Notes: a model not told the origin generated them from the sequence alone. A stretch of 64,000 nt of DNA from an uncultured Planctomycetia bacterium (GCA_964430735.1 CAYSFB010000004.1:40040-104039), one strand, 5' to 3'. Shown: positions 1-11,106, counted from the stretch's first letter. A program made the numbers and translations.

Positions 1-13
1 ATGGGTGTCGGCG

Positions 14-74
14 GTCGGGAATGCGCATGGAGCGCGCCTGCGGCTCTGCGCCGGAGAGCGTATTCCCGACCGCG
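14..74. repeat. Possible truncated copy of the structured intergenic repeat family. A 15-bp inverted repeat (cggtcgggaatgcgc / gcgtattcccgaccg) encloses a 31-nt core (atggagcgcgcc...tgcggctctg) that resembles the 5' and 3' ends of the family core but lacks the internal hairpin.
   Basis: Inverted repeat read directly from the sequence. The core fragments atggagcgcgcc and tgcggct.tg..ccggag match copies at 11851-11870 and 33515-33566. Located upstream of purB. Confidence 0.3.
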
Positions 75-160
75 ACCTTCGTTTGGGGCAGGGTTGAGGG
101 GGACCCCCATATGTGGTAAAGTACGGGCTCTCCGATCCCCTAGATAGAGGAATTTCCCGC

Positions 161-1465
161 ATGATTGACCGCTATAGCTTGCCCGAAATGAACCGCATTT
201 GGACGGAAGAAAACCGCTTCCGCCGGATGCTGGATGTCGAGATCGCCGTGGTCGAAGCCATGGCCGACAAAGGCATCGTGCCCAAGGCCTCCGCCGCCAA
301 TATCAAGAAAAAAGCTTCGTTCAAGCTCGCCGAGATCCACGAGATCGAAAAAGTCACCAAGCACGACGTGACGGCCTTCCTCAAATCCGTCGGCAAGTCC
401 ATCGGTCCCGATGCGCGCTTCGTCCACATGGGGATCACGTCGAGCGACGTCCTCGACACGGCCGTTTCGCTCCAGATCGTCCAAAGCCTCGACGGCATCA
501 TCAAGAAAACGGCCGCGCTCCAGGCGACGGTCAAAAAACTCGCTCTCAAACACAAGCTCACGCCGGCCATGGGCCGCACGCACGGCGTTCACGCCGAGCC
601 GACCACGTTCGGCCTCAAAGTCCTTTTGTACTACCCCGAGCTCGGCCGCGCACTCGGTCGCCTTGATCACGCCCGCCGCACGATCTCGGTCGGCAAGATC
701 TCCGGCGCAGTCGGCACCTACGCCGGCCTTTCGCCCGCGCTCGAAAAGGCCGCCCTCGGCAAGCTCGGCCTTCAAGCGGCTCCCATTTCCACGCAGGTCC
801 TTCAGCGCGACCGCCATGCCGAAGTCATGTCGGCCCTCGCGATCCTCGCCGCGACGCTCGAAAAGTGCGCCGTCGAGATCCGTCATCTCCAGCGCACCGA
901 GGTCCGCGAGGTTGAAGAGGCCTTCAGTGAAGGGCAGACCGGCTCTTCGGCGATGCCGCACAAGAAGAACCCGGTTAACTGCGAGCGGGTGACCGGCCTC
1001 GCGCGTCTGGTCCGCGCGAACCTCATGGCCGCCCTCGAGAACGTCGCCCTCTGGCACGAGCGCGACATCAGCCACTCGTCGGTCGAACGCGTGATTTTTC
1101 CGGACACCTTCCTGGCCGTCGACTTTATGCTCAGCGAAATGGACCGGATCCTCGGGAACCTCAAGGTTTATCCGGAGCGGATGATGGCGACGATCCGGTC
1201 GAACCGCGGCCTTACTTTTTCGCAGCGCCTGCTCACGGCGTCGATCAAGAAGGGCCTCGCGCGCTTCGAGGCGTACGAGATCGTCCAGCGCATCGCGCTC
1301 AAGGTCTGGAACAACCCGGCTGATTCCACGGAGACGATGGAGTCGCTGGCGCGCGCAGACGAGCGGCTCAAGAAGCTTTTTACGGATAAAGAGTTCAAGG
1401 AGATCTTCAACCTCAATGCGTACCTCGAGCATGTGGACGCAATTTTTAAAAAGGCGCTCAAATAA
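161..1465 (+). CDS. purB: Adenylosuccinate lyase (PurB, Bacillus type). The ORF track begins at GTG 113, but ATG 161 (MIDRYSLPEM...) matches the canonical PurB N-terminus.
   Basis: Translation MIDRYSLPEMNRIWTEENRF...SSAMPHKKNP matches the fumarate lyase family / PurB signature. An RBS-like agagg sits 10 nt upstream of ATG 161. Confidence 0.9.
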   Translation: MIDRYSLPEMNRIWTEENRFRRMLDVEIAVVEAMADKGIVPKASAANIKKKASFKLAEIHEIEKVTKHDVTAFLKSVGKSIGPDARFVHMGITSSDVLDTAVSLQIVQSLDGIIKKTAALQATVKKLALKHKLTPAMGRTHGVHAEPTTFGLKVLLYYPELGRALGRLDHARRTISVGKISGAVGTYAGLSPALEKAALGKLGLQAAPISTQVLQRDRHAEVMSALAILAATLEKCAVEIRHLQRTEVREVEEAFSEGQTGSSAMPHKKNPVNCERVTGLARLVRANLMAALENVALWHERDISHSSVERVIFPDTFLAVDFMLSEMDRILGNLKVYPERMMATIRSNRGLTFSQRLLTASIKKGLARFEAYEIVQRIALKVWNNPADSTETMESLARADERLKKLFTDKEFKEIFNLNAYLEHVDAIFKKALK

Positions 1466-1466
1466 C

Positions 1467-1706
1467 ATGAAAGCCCGCGTATTCGTCACGTTGAAAAAGT
1501 CCGTTCTCGATCCCCAGGGCGTTGCCGTCCAGCAGGCGCTCGAGCACATGAACGTGCCCGGCGTGAAGAACGTCCGCATCGGCAAGATGATCGAGCTCGA
1601 GCTCGAAGGCGCGCGCCCGGCCGGCGACAAGGAGATCAAGGACATGTGCGAAAAGCTCCTCGCCAACACTGTGATCGAAGATTACCGTTACGAAATCGAG
1701 AAATAA
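1467..1706 (+). CDS. purS: Phosphoribosylformylglycinamidine synthase subunit PurS
   Basis: [30 protein letters not shown]... is a typical ~80-aa PurS. ATG is 1 nt after the purB stop. Confidence 0.85.
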   Translation: MKARVFVTLKKSVLDPQGVAVQQALEHMNVPGVKNVRIGKMIELELEGARPAGDKEIKDMCEKLLANTVIEDYRYEIEK

Positions 1707-1710
1707 CCCA

Positions 1711-2412
1711 GTGGCCAGGAAGATCAAATTCGGAGTCGTCGCTTTTCCCGGATCCAACTGCGACGAGGACTGCGTCTACGTCCTGCGCGACGTGATCGGC
1801 GCCGACGTGCGCAAGATCTGGCACAAGGACGCGTCGGTCGGAGACGTCGACGCGATCTGCCTTCCGGGCGGATTCAGCTATGGCGATTACCTGCGTACCG
1901 GCGCGATCGCGCGCTTTTCGCCCGTTATGAAAGACGTCGTCCGTTTCGCCGGCACGGGCAAGCCCGTGATCGGCATCTGCAACGGATTTCAGATTCTGCT
2001 CGAGTCGGGCCTTCTGCCCGGCGCGATGCTGCGCAACCGTTCGCTCCTTTTTTCCTGCAAGACCGTGAACCTCAAGGTCGAGAACACCGACACCCCGTTC
2101 ACCCGCAAGTACAAGACGGGCGACGTGCTCCGGATCCCGATCGCGCACGGCGAGGGGAATTATTTCGCGGAACCCGCGACGATCCAGAAGCTCAAGGACA
2201 ACCGCCAGATCCTGGTGCGCTACGTGAACGAGAAGGGGGAGGCGACCGACGCGGCGAATCCCAACGGTTCGCTCGAGAACATCGCCGGCATTTGCAACGA
2301 GAAGCGCAACGTGTTCGGCCTCATGCCGCACCCCGAGCGCGCGTCCGAAACGGCCCTCGGTTCCACCGACGGCAAAAACATGTTTGTTTCCATCGTGGAG
2401 TCCCTGTCATGA
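1711..2412 (+). CDS. purQ: Phosphoribosylformylglycinamidine synthase glutamine amidotransferase subunit PurQ (GTG start)
   Basis: [18 protein letters not shown]...[11 protein letters not shown]...MPHPER matches the class I GATase motifs of PurQ. Confidence 0.9.
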   Translation: MARKIKFGVVAFPGSNCDEDCVYVLRDVIGADVRKIWHKDASVGDVDAICLPGGFSYGDYLRTGAIARFSPVMKDVVRFAGTGKPVIGICNGFQILLESGLLPGAMLRNRSLLFSCKTVNLKVENTDTPFTRKYKTGDVLRIPIAHGEGNYFAEPATIQKLKDNRQILVRYVNEKGEATDAANPNGSLENIAGICNEKRNVFGLMPHPERASETALGSTDGKNMFVSIVESLS

Positions 2413-4628
2413 CCCAGGTTCAAGAGATCACCCCCGACGTCATTTCGAAGCTGGGTCTCACGCCCGGCGAATACGACCGCATCAAGGGCGTGCTGAAGCG
2501 CGAGCCCAACATCAACGAGCTTGGCGTGTTCAGCGTCATGTACTCGGAGCATTGCTCGTACAAGAACTCGCGCAACGTGCTCAAGCTTTTTCCGAAGGCC
2601 GGTTCGCGCGTCCTCATCGGCGCGGGCGAAGAGAACGCGGGCGTCATCGACATCGGCGACGGCTGGTGCATCAGCTTTAAGATCGAGTCGCACAACCATC
2701 CGAGCGCGATCGAGCCGTTTCAGGGCGCCGCGACCGGCGTCGGCGGCATCCTGCGCGACATCTTCACGATGGGCGCGCGGCCTGTTCTGCTCATGAATTC
2801 GCTGCGCTTCGGCTCGCTCGAAAAAGCCCAGAACCGTCACCTGATGAAGGGCGTCGTCGCCGGCATCAGCCATTACGGCAATTGCATCGGCGTGCCGACC
2901 ATCGGCGGCGAAGTGTATTTCGACGATTCGTACGAGGGCAACCCGCTCGTCAACGCGCTTGCGCTCGGCATCATGCGCAAGGAGCATATCGCGCGCGGCA
3001 AGGCGACGGGCGCGGGGAACCCCGTGTTCTACCTCGGCGCGGCGACCGGCCGCGACGGCATCGGCGGCGCGAGCTTCGCGTCCAAGGAGATCAGCGAAGA
3101 TTCGTACAAGGACCGCCCGGCCGTGCAGGTCGGCGATCCCTTCATGGAAAAACTGTTGCTCGAGGCCGTGCTCGAACTCCTTCAGACCGACGCCGTCGTC
3201 GGCATTCAGGACATGGGCGCCGCCGGCCTGACCTGCTCGACCTGCGAAACCGCTTCGCGCGGCAATTCCGGCATCGAGATCGACGTCACGCTCGTCCCGC
3301 AGCGCGAAACGGGAATGACCCCGTACGAGATTCTGCTCTCCGAATCCCAGGAGCGCATGCTCGTCATCGTCAAAAAGGGCAAGGAGCACGTCGCCAAGGA
3401 CATCTTCGCCAAGTGGGACCTGCACGCCGCTGAGATCGGCTTCGTGACCGACACCGGCCGCATGGTCGTGAAGGAAAACGGCCGCGTCGTCGTCGATGCG
3501 CCTGCCAAGGAACTTGCCGAAGACGCGCCGCTCTACATCCGAGAGGAAAAAAAGCCCGCGTACCTCGAAACGCTCAAAGCCATCCGCGTGCAGGATCTGC
3601 CGCCGACCGGCGACTTCAACGCGGCGCTGCTCAAAATCCTCGACTCGCCGACCGTCGCATCCAAGGAATGGATTTACCGCCAGTACGACCATATGGTCGG
3701 CACGGCGACCGTGATGCTCCCGGGCTCCGACGCGGCCGTGATCCGGATCAAGGGAACCGAGAAGCGCATCGCGATGTCGACCGATTGCAACGCGACCTAT
3801 TGCTACCTCGATCCGTACGAGGGCGGCAAGATCGCCGTCGCCGAAGCCGCGCGCAACCTCGTTTGCTCGGGCGCGCTGCCGTTGTCGGTGACCGACAACT
3901 TGAACTTCGGCAATCCGATGAAGCCGGAAGTATTCTGGACGTTCCGCAAGTGCATCGAAGGCATCCGCGACGCTTGTCTCGAGTTCGAGACTCCGGTGTC
4001 GGGCGGAAACGTTTCTTTTTATAACGAGAGCCCCAAGGGCGCGATCGATCCGACGCCGACCATCGGCATCGCCGGTATCATCGAAGGCCGCGACCCGATT
4101 CCGAGCGCGTTCCAGCAGGCGGGGGATGTGATCCTCTTCCTCGGACCCACGCGCGAAGAGCTCGGTGGTTCCGAATTCCTCAAAGTCGTGCACGGCAAGA
4201 AGGACGGTATTCCGCCGCGCCTGGACCTCAAGGAAGCGGCCGCGTTCAACCGGACGCTGCTCGAATGCGCCGAAGCCAAGCTGCTCCGTTCCGCGCACGA
4301 CCTGTCCGAAGGCGGTCTGGCCGGTGCGCTTGCCGAGTGCGTCATGGCGGACGAGACCAAGTCGTTCGGCGCTGACGTTCAGGTGAAGGTCGACGGCGTT
4401 TCGGCCGAGGCGCTGTATTTCGGCGAGAGCCAGTCCCGCGCGATCCTGTCCTGCGACCCCAGACATTTAGCCGCCGTCGAAGCGGTGATCCGCAAGCACG
4501 GTCTTCCGTATCAAGTCATCGGAAAAACCGGCGGCGACCGCCTCAAGATCAACGACAAGATCAATGTACCAGCCGCCGTGCTCCGTGAAACGTGGGGTCA
4601 AGCCATCCGCCGCAGGATGGAGAAGTAG
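2409..4628 (+). CDS. purL: Phosphoribosylformylglycinamidine synthase II (PurL, small-type)
   Basis: [29 protein letters not shown]...[25 protein letters not shown] matches PurL. ATGA overlap with the purQ stop. Confidence 0.9.
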   Translation: MTQVQEITPDVISKLGLTPGEYDRIKGVLKREPNINELGVFSVMYSEHCSYKNSRNVLKLFPKAGSRVLIGAGEENAGVIDIGDGWCISFKIESHNHPSAIEPFQGAATGVGGILRDIFTMGARPVLLMNSLRFGSLEKAQNRHLMKGVVAGISHYGNCIGVPTIGGEVYFDDSYEGNPLVNALALGIMRKEHIARGKATGAGNPVFYLGAATGRDGIGGASFASKEISEDSYKDRPAVQVGDPFMEKLLLEAVLELLQTDAVVGIQDMGAAGLTCSTCETASRGNSGIEIDVTLVPQRETGMTPYEILLSESQERMLVIVKKGKEHVAKDIFAKWDLHAAEIGFVTDTGRMVVKENGRVVVDAPAKELAEDAPLYIREEKKPAYLETLKAIRVQDLPPTGDFNAALLKILDSPTVASKEWIYRQYDHMVGTATVMLPGSDAAVIRIKGTEKRIAMSTDCNATYCYLDPYEGGKIAVAEAARNLVCSGALPLSVTDNLNFGNPMKPEVFWTFRKCIEGIRDACLEFETPVSGGNVSFYNESPKGAIDPTPTIGIAGIIEGRDPIPSAFQQAGDVILFLGPTREELGGSEFLKVVHGKKDGIPPRLDLKEAAAFNRTLLECAEAKLLRSAHDLSEGGLAGALAECVMADETKSFGADVQVKVDGVSAEALYFGESQSRAILSCDPRHLAAVEAVIRKHGLPYQVIGKTGGDRLKINDKINVPAAVLRETWGQAIRRRMEK

Positions 4629-4634
4629 GACGCT

Positions 4635-6035
4635 ATGTCAGATGAATTAAAAGACCATTGCGGCGTATTCGGGGTTTATGGCGACGCATTGGCGGCGTAC
4701 AAAACCTACCTCGGCCTGTACGCGCTGCAGCACCGTGGCGAAGAGTCGGCCGGCATCGTTTCCTGTGACGGCAAGGATATGATCATTCACCGCGGCATGG
4801 GCCAGGTGCAGGACGTGATCACACCCGACGTGCTGAACCGCTTCAAGGGGCATATGGCGATCGGACACGTGCGCTATTCGACCACAGGCTCCTCGAGCCT
4901 CAAGAACGCCCAGCCGATCCACGTCGATTACTCCAAGGGTCAGGTCGCCGTCGCGCACAACGGCAATATCACGAACGCCGAGATCCTGCGCTCGGAACTC
5001 GAAGCTTACGGCGCGATTTTTCAGACGACGACGGACAGCGAAATCATCATTCACCTGATGGCCAAGCCGTCCCTGCGCAACGCGGAAGAGGGTATCCTCC
5101 ACGCGCTGGCCCGGATCGAGGGCGCATTCAGCCTCGTCTTCATCACACCCGAATACATCGCAGCCGCGCGCGACCCGCAGGGCTTCCGTCCGCTGTGGAT
5201 CGGCCAGACCGCCGCCGGCGCCTACGTGTTCGCGTCCGAAACCTGCGCGCTCGACCTCGTCGAAGCCAAGCCGCTCCGCGAAGTGGAACCGGGTGAGCTC
5301 GTCATCGTCGACAAGAACGGCCTGCGCTCCAAGATCTACAAGAAGCAGGACCTGCGCGCCCATTGCATCTTCGAACACGTTTATTTCGCGCGGCCCGACT
5401 CGATGATCTTCGGCGACGTCGTGCACGAAGCCCGCAAGCGCTTCGGCCGCCGCCTGGCCCGGGAGTTCCCGGTCGACGCCGACATGGTCATCCCGGTCCC
5501 GGATTCCGGCAACTCGGCCGCCATCGGCTATTCCCAAGAGTCCGGCATTCCGTTCGAGGTGGGTATCATCCGTAACCATTACGTCGGCCGCACCTTCATC
5601 CAACCGCAGCAGGGGGAGCGCGACTTCAAGGTGAAGATCAAGTTCAACCTGCTCCGCGGCGTGCTGGCCGGCAAGCGCGTGGTCGTCGTCGACGATTCGA
5701 TCGTGCGCGGCACGACGTCGCGCCTGCGCATCAAGAACCTGCGCGAGGCCGGGGCCAAGGAAGTCCATCTCCGGATCAGCTGTCCGCCACACCTGTACCC
5801 GTGCGCGTACGGGATCGACTTTCCGACGAAGGGTGAGCTCATCGCCGACAACAAGTCGATGGAAGACATCCGCAAGTACATGAATTGCGACACGCTGGGC
5901 TATCTTTCGCTCGAAGGCATGCTCGAGAGCGTGAGTCTTCCCAAACAAAATTACTGCACCGCCTGCTGGACCGGCAAATATCCCGTGCCGTTCGGTCAGC
6001 CCAACAAATACTTCGCTGAGAAAGGATGTCCATGA
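4635..6035 (+). CDS. purF: Amidophosphoribosyltransferase
   Basis: MSDELKDHCGVFGVYGD... gives the N-terminal Cys nucleophile after Met. A PRTase motif VVVVDDSIVRGTTS is present. The C-terminus carries a Cys cluster (CPPHLYPCAYG, CTAC), consistent with an Fe-S type PurF. Confidence 0.9.
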   Translation: MSDELKDHCGVFGVYGDALAAYKTYLGLYALQHRGEESAGIVSCDGKDMIIHRGMGQVQDVITPDVLNRFKGHMAIGHVRYSTTGSSSLKNAQPIHVDYSKGQVAVAHNGNITNAEILRSELEAYGAIFQTTTDSEIIIHLMAKPSLRNAEEGILHALARIEGAFSLVFITPEYIAAARDPQGFRPLWIGQTAAGAYVFASETCALDLVEAKPLREVEPGELVIVDKNGLRSKIYKKQDLRAHCIFEHVYFARPDSMIFGDVVHEARKRFGRRLAREFPVDADMVIPVPDSGNSAAIGYSQESGIPFEVGIIRNHYVGRTFIQPQQGERDFKVKIKFNLLRGVLAGKRVVVVDDSIVRGTTSRLRIKNLREAGAKEVHLRISCPPHLYPCAYGIDFPTKGELIADNKSMEDIRKYMNCDTLGYLSLEGMLESVSLPKQNYCTACWTGKYPVPFGQPNKYFAEKGCP

Positions 6036-7039
6036 GCCGCTCCGCCCAAGCCATCACGTACAAAAAGAGCGGGGTCGACGTCGACCTGGCCAACCGCTTC
6101 GTCGAAGAGATCAAACCGCTCGTCAAAATGACCCGCCGTCCGGAAGTCGTCGGCGGCATCGGCGGATTCGGCGCACTCTTCCGCCTCCCGCTCACCAAGT
6201 ACAAGAAGCCTATTCTCGTGAGCTCGACTGACGGCGTGGGAACCAAGCTCGTCGCCGCCAAGCTCGTCGGCAAACCCGAAGTGCTCGGCGTGGACCTGGT
6301 CGCGATGAACGTGAACGACATTGTGACCTGCGGCGCGGAGCCGCTGTTTTTCCTCGATTACTTCGCGGTCGGCAAGCTCGACCTCGGCCTCATGAAGCCC
6401 GTGATGAAGGGCATCGCCGAGGCCTGCAAGGAATCCGGTTGCGCCCTCATTGGCGGCGAAACGGCCGAAATGCCGGGCGTGTATCCTCCGGGCGACTTCG
6501 ATCTGGCCGGCTTCGTCGTCGGCGTGGTCGAGCAGGGCAAGGAAATCACCGGCAAGTCCGTGAAGCCGGGCGACATCATCATCGGCTGCGCGTCCAACGG
6601 CATCCACGCCAACGGTTTTTCGATGGTCCGGCGCGTGTTCGACGACGCTTTCATGAAGGAACATGCGGACGAGATCATCCGGCCCACCCGTCTCTATGTG
6701 AAGCCGGTGCTGGAGCTCCTGAAGCGCGTCAAGGTGAAGGCCATGGCCCATATCACCGGCGGAGGCTTCTATGACAACATTCCGCGGGTCCTGAGCAAGG
6801 GGACCGGCGCTTCGATCCATGCCGGCAGCTGGAAGGTTCCGACCGTGTTCAAGTGGCTGTCCGAAAAATCCAAAGCCCCGTTCAAGGAAATGTACCGGAC
6901 GTTCAATATGGGCATCGGCTACATCATCGTCGTGTCGCCCAAGGACGCCCGCAAGACTCTGGCTTCCTTGAACAAGAGCGGTGTCGAAGCCTCGGTGATC
7001 GGTCAAATCGTGCGCGGGTCGGGCGTTAAGATCCACTAA
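6032..7039 (+). CDS. purM: Phosphoribosylformylglycinamidine cyclo-ligase (AIR synthetase)
   Basis: MSRSAQAITYKKSGVDVDLANRFVEEIKP... matches the PurM family. ATG 6032 overlaps the purF stop (ATGA); the ORF track's alternative ATG is at 6026. Confidence 0.9.
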   Translation: MSRSAQAITYKKSGVDVDLANRFVEEIKPLVKMTRRPEVVGGIGGFGALFRLPLTKYKKPILVSSTDGVGTKLVAAKLVGKPEVLGVDLVAMNVNDIVTCGAEPLFFLDYFAVGKLDLGLMKPVMKGIAEACKESGCALIGGETAEMPGVYPPGDFDLAGFVVGVVEQGKEITGKSVKPGDIIIGCASNGIHANGFSMVRRVFDDAFMKEHADEIIRPTRLYVKPVLELLKRVKVKAMAHITGGGFYDNIPRVLSKGTGASIHAGSWKVPTVFKWLSEKSKAPFKEMYRTFNMGIGYIIVVSPKDARKTLASLNKSGVEASVIGQIVRGSGVKIH

Positions 7040-7052
7040 ATCCAATTCATCT

Positions 7053-8348
7053 ATGGCACAAGCGGGTTTAAAAATTCTGGTGGTCGGTTCGGGCGGACGG
7101 GAACACGTCCTCGCCTGGAAGGCCGCGCAGAGCCCGAGAGTCGCCCGCGTTTTTTGCGCCCCGGGCAACGCCGGAACGGCCGCCGTCGCCCAGAACGTCG
7201 CGATTTCGGCGACGGATGTCGCCGCGCTGGCCGCTTTCGCCCAAAAAGAATCGATCGACCTCACGCTGGTTGGCCCCGAAGCGCCGCTCACGGCCGGCAT
7301 CGTCGATGCGTTCAAGGCCAAGGGGCTCAAAGTTTTTGGCCCCGACCAATACTGCGCCCAGCTGGAAGGCAGCAAAGTTTTTTCCAAGCGCCTCATGCGC
7401 AAGCTCGGGATTCCCACCGCCGCTTCCGAGGAATTCACCGACGCCGCGAAGGCGGTCGAATATTTGCGCCAACACGCGTACCCGGTCGTGATCAAGGCCG
7501 ACGGCCTGGCCGCCGGCAAGGGCGTGACGATCGCCGCGACCTTTGCCGAAGCCGAGCAGGCCGTGCGCGAAGCGATGACCGACCGCGTATTCGGCGACGC
7601 CGGATCCAAAATTCTGATCGAGGAGTGTCTGGTCGGCGAGGAAGCGTCGCTCATCGCCGTCTGCGACGGCGAAACGGCCGTCTGCCTCGCGTCGAGCCAG
7701 GATCACAAGCGCATCTTCGACGGAGACCAGGGCCCCAATACGGGCGGCATGGGCGCGTATTCTCCGGCGCCAGTCGTGACGCCCCAAGTCGACCAGGAAG
7801 CGCTCGATCGGATCTTCAAGCCGGTGCTCAAGGAGCTCAAAGCCCAGGGCCACCCGTTCGTCGGATTTTTGTACGCCGGTCTCATGATCACGGCCAAGGG
7901 CATGTACGTGCTCGAGTTTAATGTGCGGTTCGGCGACCCCGAAGCGCAGGCGGTGCTGCCGCGGCTCAAGACCGACCTTGTCGATGTGGCCGAGGCCTGC
8001 GTGAGCGGCACGCTCAAAGACCTGAAGCTCGAATGGACGAAGGACGTTTCGGTCACGGTTGTTCTGGCCGCGGGCGGATATCCCGGCACGCCGCGCAAGG
8101 GCGACGCGATCGAGGTGCTCGGCACGGGCTGGCCGAAAGAGATTCAGGTATTTCACGCGGGAACCGAAGCGAAGGACGGCAAAGTCGTCACCAGCGGCGG
8201 CCGTGTGCTCGCGGTAACGGCGCTCGGCGCGGACGTCGCGGCGGCCGTCGACCGGGCTTATTGGGGCGTCGGCCGCATCCGGTTCGAGGGGATGCAGTTC
8301 CGCCGGGATATCGCGCATCGGGCTTTGGAACGACTCACGCGCCGTTAA
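7053..8348 (+). CDS. purD: Phosphoribosylamine--glycine ligase
   Basis: MAQAGLKILVVGSGGREHVLAWKAAQSPRV... matches the ATP-grasp PurD. Confidence 0.9.
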   Translation: MAQAGLKILVVGSGGREHVLAWKAAQSPRVARVFCAPGNAGTAAVAQNVAISATDVAALAAFAQKESIDLTLVGPEAPLTAGIVDAFKAKGLKVFGPDQYCAQLEGSKVFSKRLMRKLGIPTAASEEFTDAAKAVEYLRQHAYPVVIKADGLAAGKGVTIAATFAEAEQAVREAMTDRVFGDAGSKILIEECLVGEEASLIAVCDGETAVCLASSQDHKRIFDGDQGPNTGGMGAYSPAPVVTPQVDQEALDRIFKPVLKELKAQGHPFVGFLYAGLMITAKGMYVLEFNVRFGDPEAQAVLPRLKTDLVDVAEACVSGTLKDLKLEWTKDVSVTVVLAAGGYPGTPRKGDAIEVLGTGWPKEIQVFHAGTEAKDGKVVTSGGRVLAVTALGADVAAAVDRAYWGVGRIRFEGMQFRRDIAHRALERLTRR

Positions 8349-8374
8349 TTTTTAAGAAACAAGGAGCTCACCAC

Positions 8375-8869
8375 ATGTCTCAATCTCCCGTGCGCGCCGT
8401 CATCCTCATGGGTTCCGCGAACGACGCGGAACAGCTCAAGCCCGCCGGCCAGGTCTTCAAGGACTTCGGAATTCCGTACGAAGCGCGCGTGCTGTCCGCC
8501 CACCGCACGCCCAACGAAACCGTCCAATTTATCTCCGACGCCGAGAAGCGCGGCTGCGAAGTCGTGATCGCGGCGGCCGGCGGCGCGGCCCACCTGGCCG
8601 GTGTCTGCGCGGCCCACACGCTGCTGCCCGTGATCGGGGTCCCGATCGAATCGAAGAGTCTTAAAGGGCTGGATTCGCTGCTCTCCACCGTGCAGATGCC
8701 TCCCGGCATCCCGGTCGCGACGGTCGGCATCGGCCCCCTGGGCGGCAAGAACGCGGGCCTTTTGGCCGTGCGCATCATGGCCGTCAAAGACAAGGCGCTC
8801 GCGGCGCGGCTCGACGCTTTTCGTGAAAAGATGCGCCAGGAAATTCTGGCCACCAAGATCGACGTCTAG
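8375..8869 (+). CDS. purE: N5-carboxyaminoimidazole ribonucleotide mutase (PurE)
   Basis: MSQSPVRAVILMGSANDAEQL...AAGGAAHLAGVCAAHTLLPVIGVPI matches the PurE signature. An RBS aaggag lies upstream of ATG 8375. Confidence 0.9.
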   Translation: MSQSPVRAVILMGSANDAEQLKPAGQVFKDFGIPYEARVLSAHRTPNETVQFISDAEKRGCEVVIAAAGGAAHLAGVCAAHTLLPVIGVPIESKSLKGLDSLLSTVQMPPGIPVATVGIGPLGGKNAGLLAVRIMAVKDKALAARLDAFREKMRQEILATKIDV

Positions 8870-8888
8870 AGAGGGAAGAGGAATAACC

Positions 8889-9386
8889 ATGGCCGAACCC
8901 ACGCTCCCGGCAAAAGTAAAGGAAGTGCTGTTCGTCTGCACGGGCAACAGCTGCCGCAGCGTGATGGCCGAATACCTGTTCCGGAAGATGGCGGCCGACA
9001 AGGGGCTCGACGTTCACGCGTATTCCGCCGGCATCGCGGCGGCCTACCGGCAGGGGGCGAGCTTTGAGACGCTCGAAGTGCTCAAACGCGACGGCATCGA
9101 CGCCCGCGGCCATTCGAGTCGGATGGTGCACGAGGATTCGATCGAGACCGCGGACATGATCCTGGCGCTCACCGAACAGCACGCGTCGCATCTCAAGAAG
9201 CACTTTCCGGAAAGCGAGTCCAAGATCTATCTTCTGACCGAGTTTTACGGCGGCCAGGATAAGCAGCTTTTTATCCAGGGGATTCCCGACCCGATCGGGA
9301 TGAGCAGTCTTTTTTACCAAAACACGTATCTCGTGATCCGTTCCTGTGTCCAGAATCTCGTGAACCTGCTGGAGGCCCGCAAATGA
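8889..9386 (+). CDS. Low-molecular-weight protein phosphatase (YwlE/LMW-PTP family; P-loop CTGNSCRS)
   Basis: VLFVCTGNSCRSVMAEYLF contains the CX5R(S) P-loop. The gene order phosphatase-rpiB-glyA mirrors B. subtilis ywlE-ywlF-glyA. Confidence 0.75.
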   Translation: MAEPTLPAKVKEVLFVCTGNSCRSVMAEYLFRKMAADKGLDVHAYSAGIAAAYRQGASFETLEVLKRDGIDARGHSSRMVHEDSIETADMILALTEQHASHLKKHFPESESKIYLLTEFYGGQDKQLFIQGIPDPIGMSSLFYQNTYLVIRSCVQNLVNLLEARK

Positions 9387-9832
9387 GAATCGCCGTCGGC
9401 ACCGACCACCGCGGGTTCGAGGCCAAACAGAAGCTCGCCGACGCGCTGCGCCGCGACGGGCACGAGGTGATTGATTGCGGGACGAATTCGGCCGAGCCGT
9501 GCGATTATCCGGACCCGGCGTTCCGCGTCGCGACCCGCGTGTCAAAGGGTGAGGCCGACCGCGGCGTGCTTATCTGCATGAGCGGCATCGGAATGGCCAT
9601 TGCGGCCAACAAGGTCAGGAAGGTCCGCGCCGGCCTCTGCCACAAGAGCGCGACCGCGAAGCTCAGCCGCGAGCACAACGACACCAACGTTCTCGTCCTT
9701 TCGTCCATGGAGGCCCTGGAGCCCATGGAAACCATCGTCCGCGCGTGGCTCGCCACGCCGTTTGAGGGCGGCCGCCACGAACGCCGCGTCGAAAAAATCA
9801 CATTGATCGAAAACGGTCTGATGAAGGAATAA
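9383..9832 (+). CDS. rpiB: Ribose-5-phosphate isomerase B
   Basis: [34 protein letters not shown]... matches the RpiB/LacAB family. Confidence 0.85.
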   Translation: MRIAVGTDHRGFEAKQKLADALRRDGHEVIDCGTNSAEPCDYPDPAFRVATRVSKGEADRGVLICMSGIGMAIAANKVRKVRAGLCHKSATAKLSREHNDTNVLVLSSMEALEPMETIVRAWLATPFEGGRHERRVEKITLIENGLMKE

Positions 9833-9843
9833 CAGGAGTCCCC

Positions 9844-11106
9844 GTGAAACACCTCAGTAAACAGGACCCGGACATTTACGACGCGATCTGCCGCGAGCAG
9901 CGCCGCCAGCACGAGAACATCGAGCTCATCGCGAGCGAGAACTTCACCAGCGTCGCCGTCATGGAAGCGGCCGGCACCGTCCTTACGAACAAGTATGCGG
10001 AAGGGTATCCCGGAAAGCGCTGGTACGGCGGCTGCGAGAACGTCGACGTGATCGAGCAGTTGGCGATCGACCGGGCGATGAAGCTGTTCGGCGCGGAACA
10101 CGCGAACGTCCAGCCGCATTCGGGCTCGCAGGCCAACATGGCCTCTTATTTCGCGCTGATCAAGCCGGGCGACACCGTCCTCGGCATGAACCTGTCCCAC
10201 GGTGGACATCTGACGCACGGGCACCCGATGAATTTCTCGGGCAAGCTCTTCAACATCGTTCCGTACGGCGTGAGCGAGAAGGACGAGCGCATCGACTATG
10301 ATCAGGTCGAAGCGCTGGCCGTCCAGCACAAGCCCAAGATGATCCTCGTGGGCGCGTCCGCGTATCCGCGCACGATCGACTTCGCTCGTTTCCGCGCGAT
10401 CGCCGACAAGGTCGGAGCCAAGATGATGGTCGACATGGCGCATATCGCCGGCCTCGTGGCCGCGGGCGTGCACCCGAGCCCCGTGCCGTACGCCGACATC
10501 GTGACCACGACCACGCACAAGACGCTCCGCGGCCCCCGCGCCGGTCTCATCCTGTGTAAAAAGGAATACGCCAAGGCGGTCGACGCCGAGGTGTTCCCGG
10601 GCGGCCAGGGCGGCCCGCTGGAGCACATCATTGCGGCCAAGGCCGTCGCGCTCAAAGAGGCGATGTCGGACGACTTCAAGAAATACCAGCGGCAGGTCGT
10701 CGACAACGCCAGGACGCTGGCCGAGGCGATGAAGTCGCACGGCTTCCGGATCGTTTCCGGCGGAACGGACAATCACCTCATGCTCGTCGACGTCACCGTG
10801 AAGGGGACGACCGGCAAGGACGCGTCCGCCGCGCTCGACCACGCGCGCATCACGGTCAACAAGAACACGATTCCGTTCGACAAGAACTCGCCGTTCGTGA
10901 CCTCCGGCATCCGTCTCGGCACGCCGGCCGTCACGACGCGCGGCATGAAGCAGGACGACATGAAGCTCATCGCCGGATGGATCGCCCGGGTCCTCGCCGC
11001 GCCGCAGGATGCGGCCGTGATCGATCAGGTGAAGCGCGAAGTCGAACAGCTCGTGTCCAAATATCCGCTGTACCCGGAACTTTGCCCGAAAGCGATGGCC
11101 GCTTAA
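9844..11106 (+). CDS. glyA: Serine hydroxymethyltransferase (GTG start)
   Basis: [11 protein letters not shown]...GGHLTHG...[12 protein letters not shown] are SHMT signatures. Confidence 0.9.
   Translation: MKHLSKQDPDIYDAICREQRRQHENIELIASENFTSVAVMEAAGTVLTNKYAEGYPGKRWYGGCENVDVIEQLAIDRAMKLFGAEHANVQPHSGSQANMASYFALIKPGDTVLGMNLSHGGHLTHGHPMNFSGKLFNIVPYGVSEKDERIDYDQVEALAVQHKPKMILVGASAYPRTIDFARFRAIADKVGAKMMVDMAHIAGLVAAGVHPSPVPYADIVTTTTHKTLRGPRAGLILCKKEYAKAVDAEVFPGGQGGPLEHIIAAKAVALKEAMSDDFKKYQRQVVDNARTLAEAMKSHGFRIVSGGTDNHLMLVDVTVKGTTGKDASAALDHARITVNKNTIPFDKNSPFVTSGIRLGTPAVTTRGMKQDDMKLIAGWIARVLAAPQDAAVIDQVKREVEQLVSKYPLYPELCPKAMAA

Noticed and set aside
1-160. Possible purine riboswitch or leader upstream of purB
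   Set aside because: The sequence lacks the conserved purine-riboswitch junction nucleotides. The hairpin present is better explained as a truncated copy of the intergenic repeat family.
140-1669. 509-aa ORF on the minus strand opposite purB. Similar long antisense ORFs are 2220..4466, 4647..5948, 5996..7654, 7068..8318, 15012..16361, 21837..23723, 23665..25287, 31740..33605, 39158..40669, 40525..42072, 54737..56455 and 61389..63140.
   Set aside because: In a ~62% GC genome the antisense of real genes is largely stop-free. These translations are Arg/Gly/Leu/Val-rich with no recognisable motifs. Each overlaps a confidently identified plus-strand gene.
8033-8374. N-terminal 114 codons of the ORF-track entry 8033..8869 preceding purE
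   Set aside because: That part lies inside purD in another frame. The real PurE starts at ATG 8375 behind an AAGGAG RBS and matches the PurE N-terminus.
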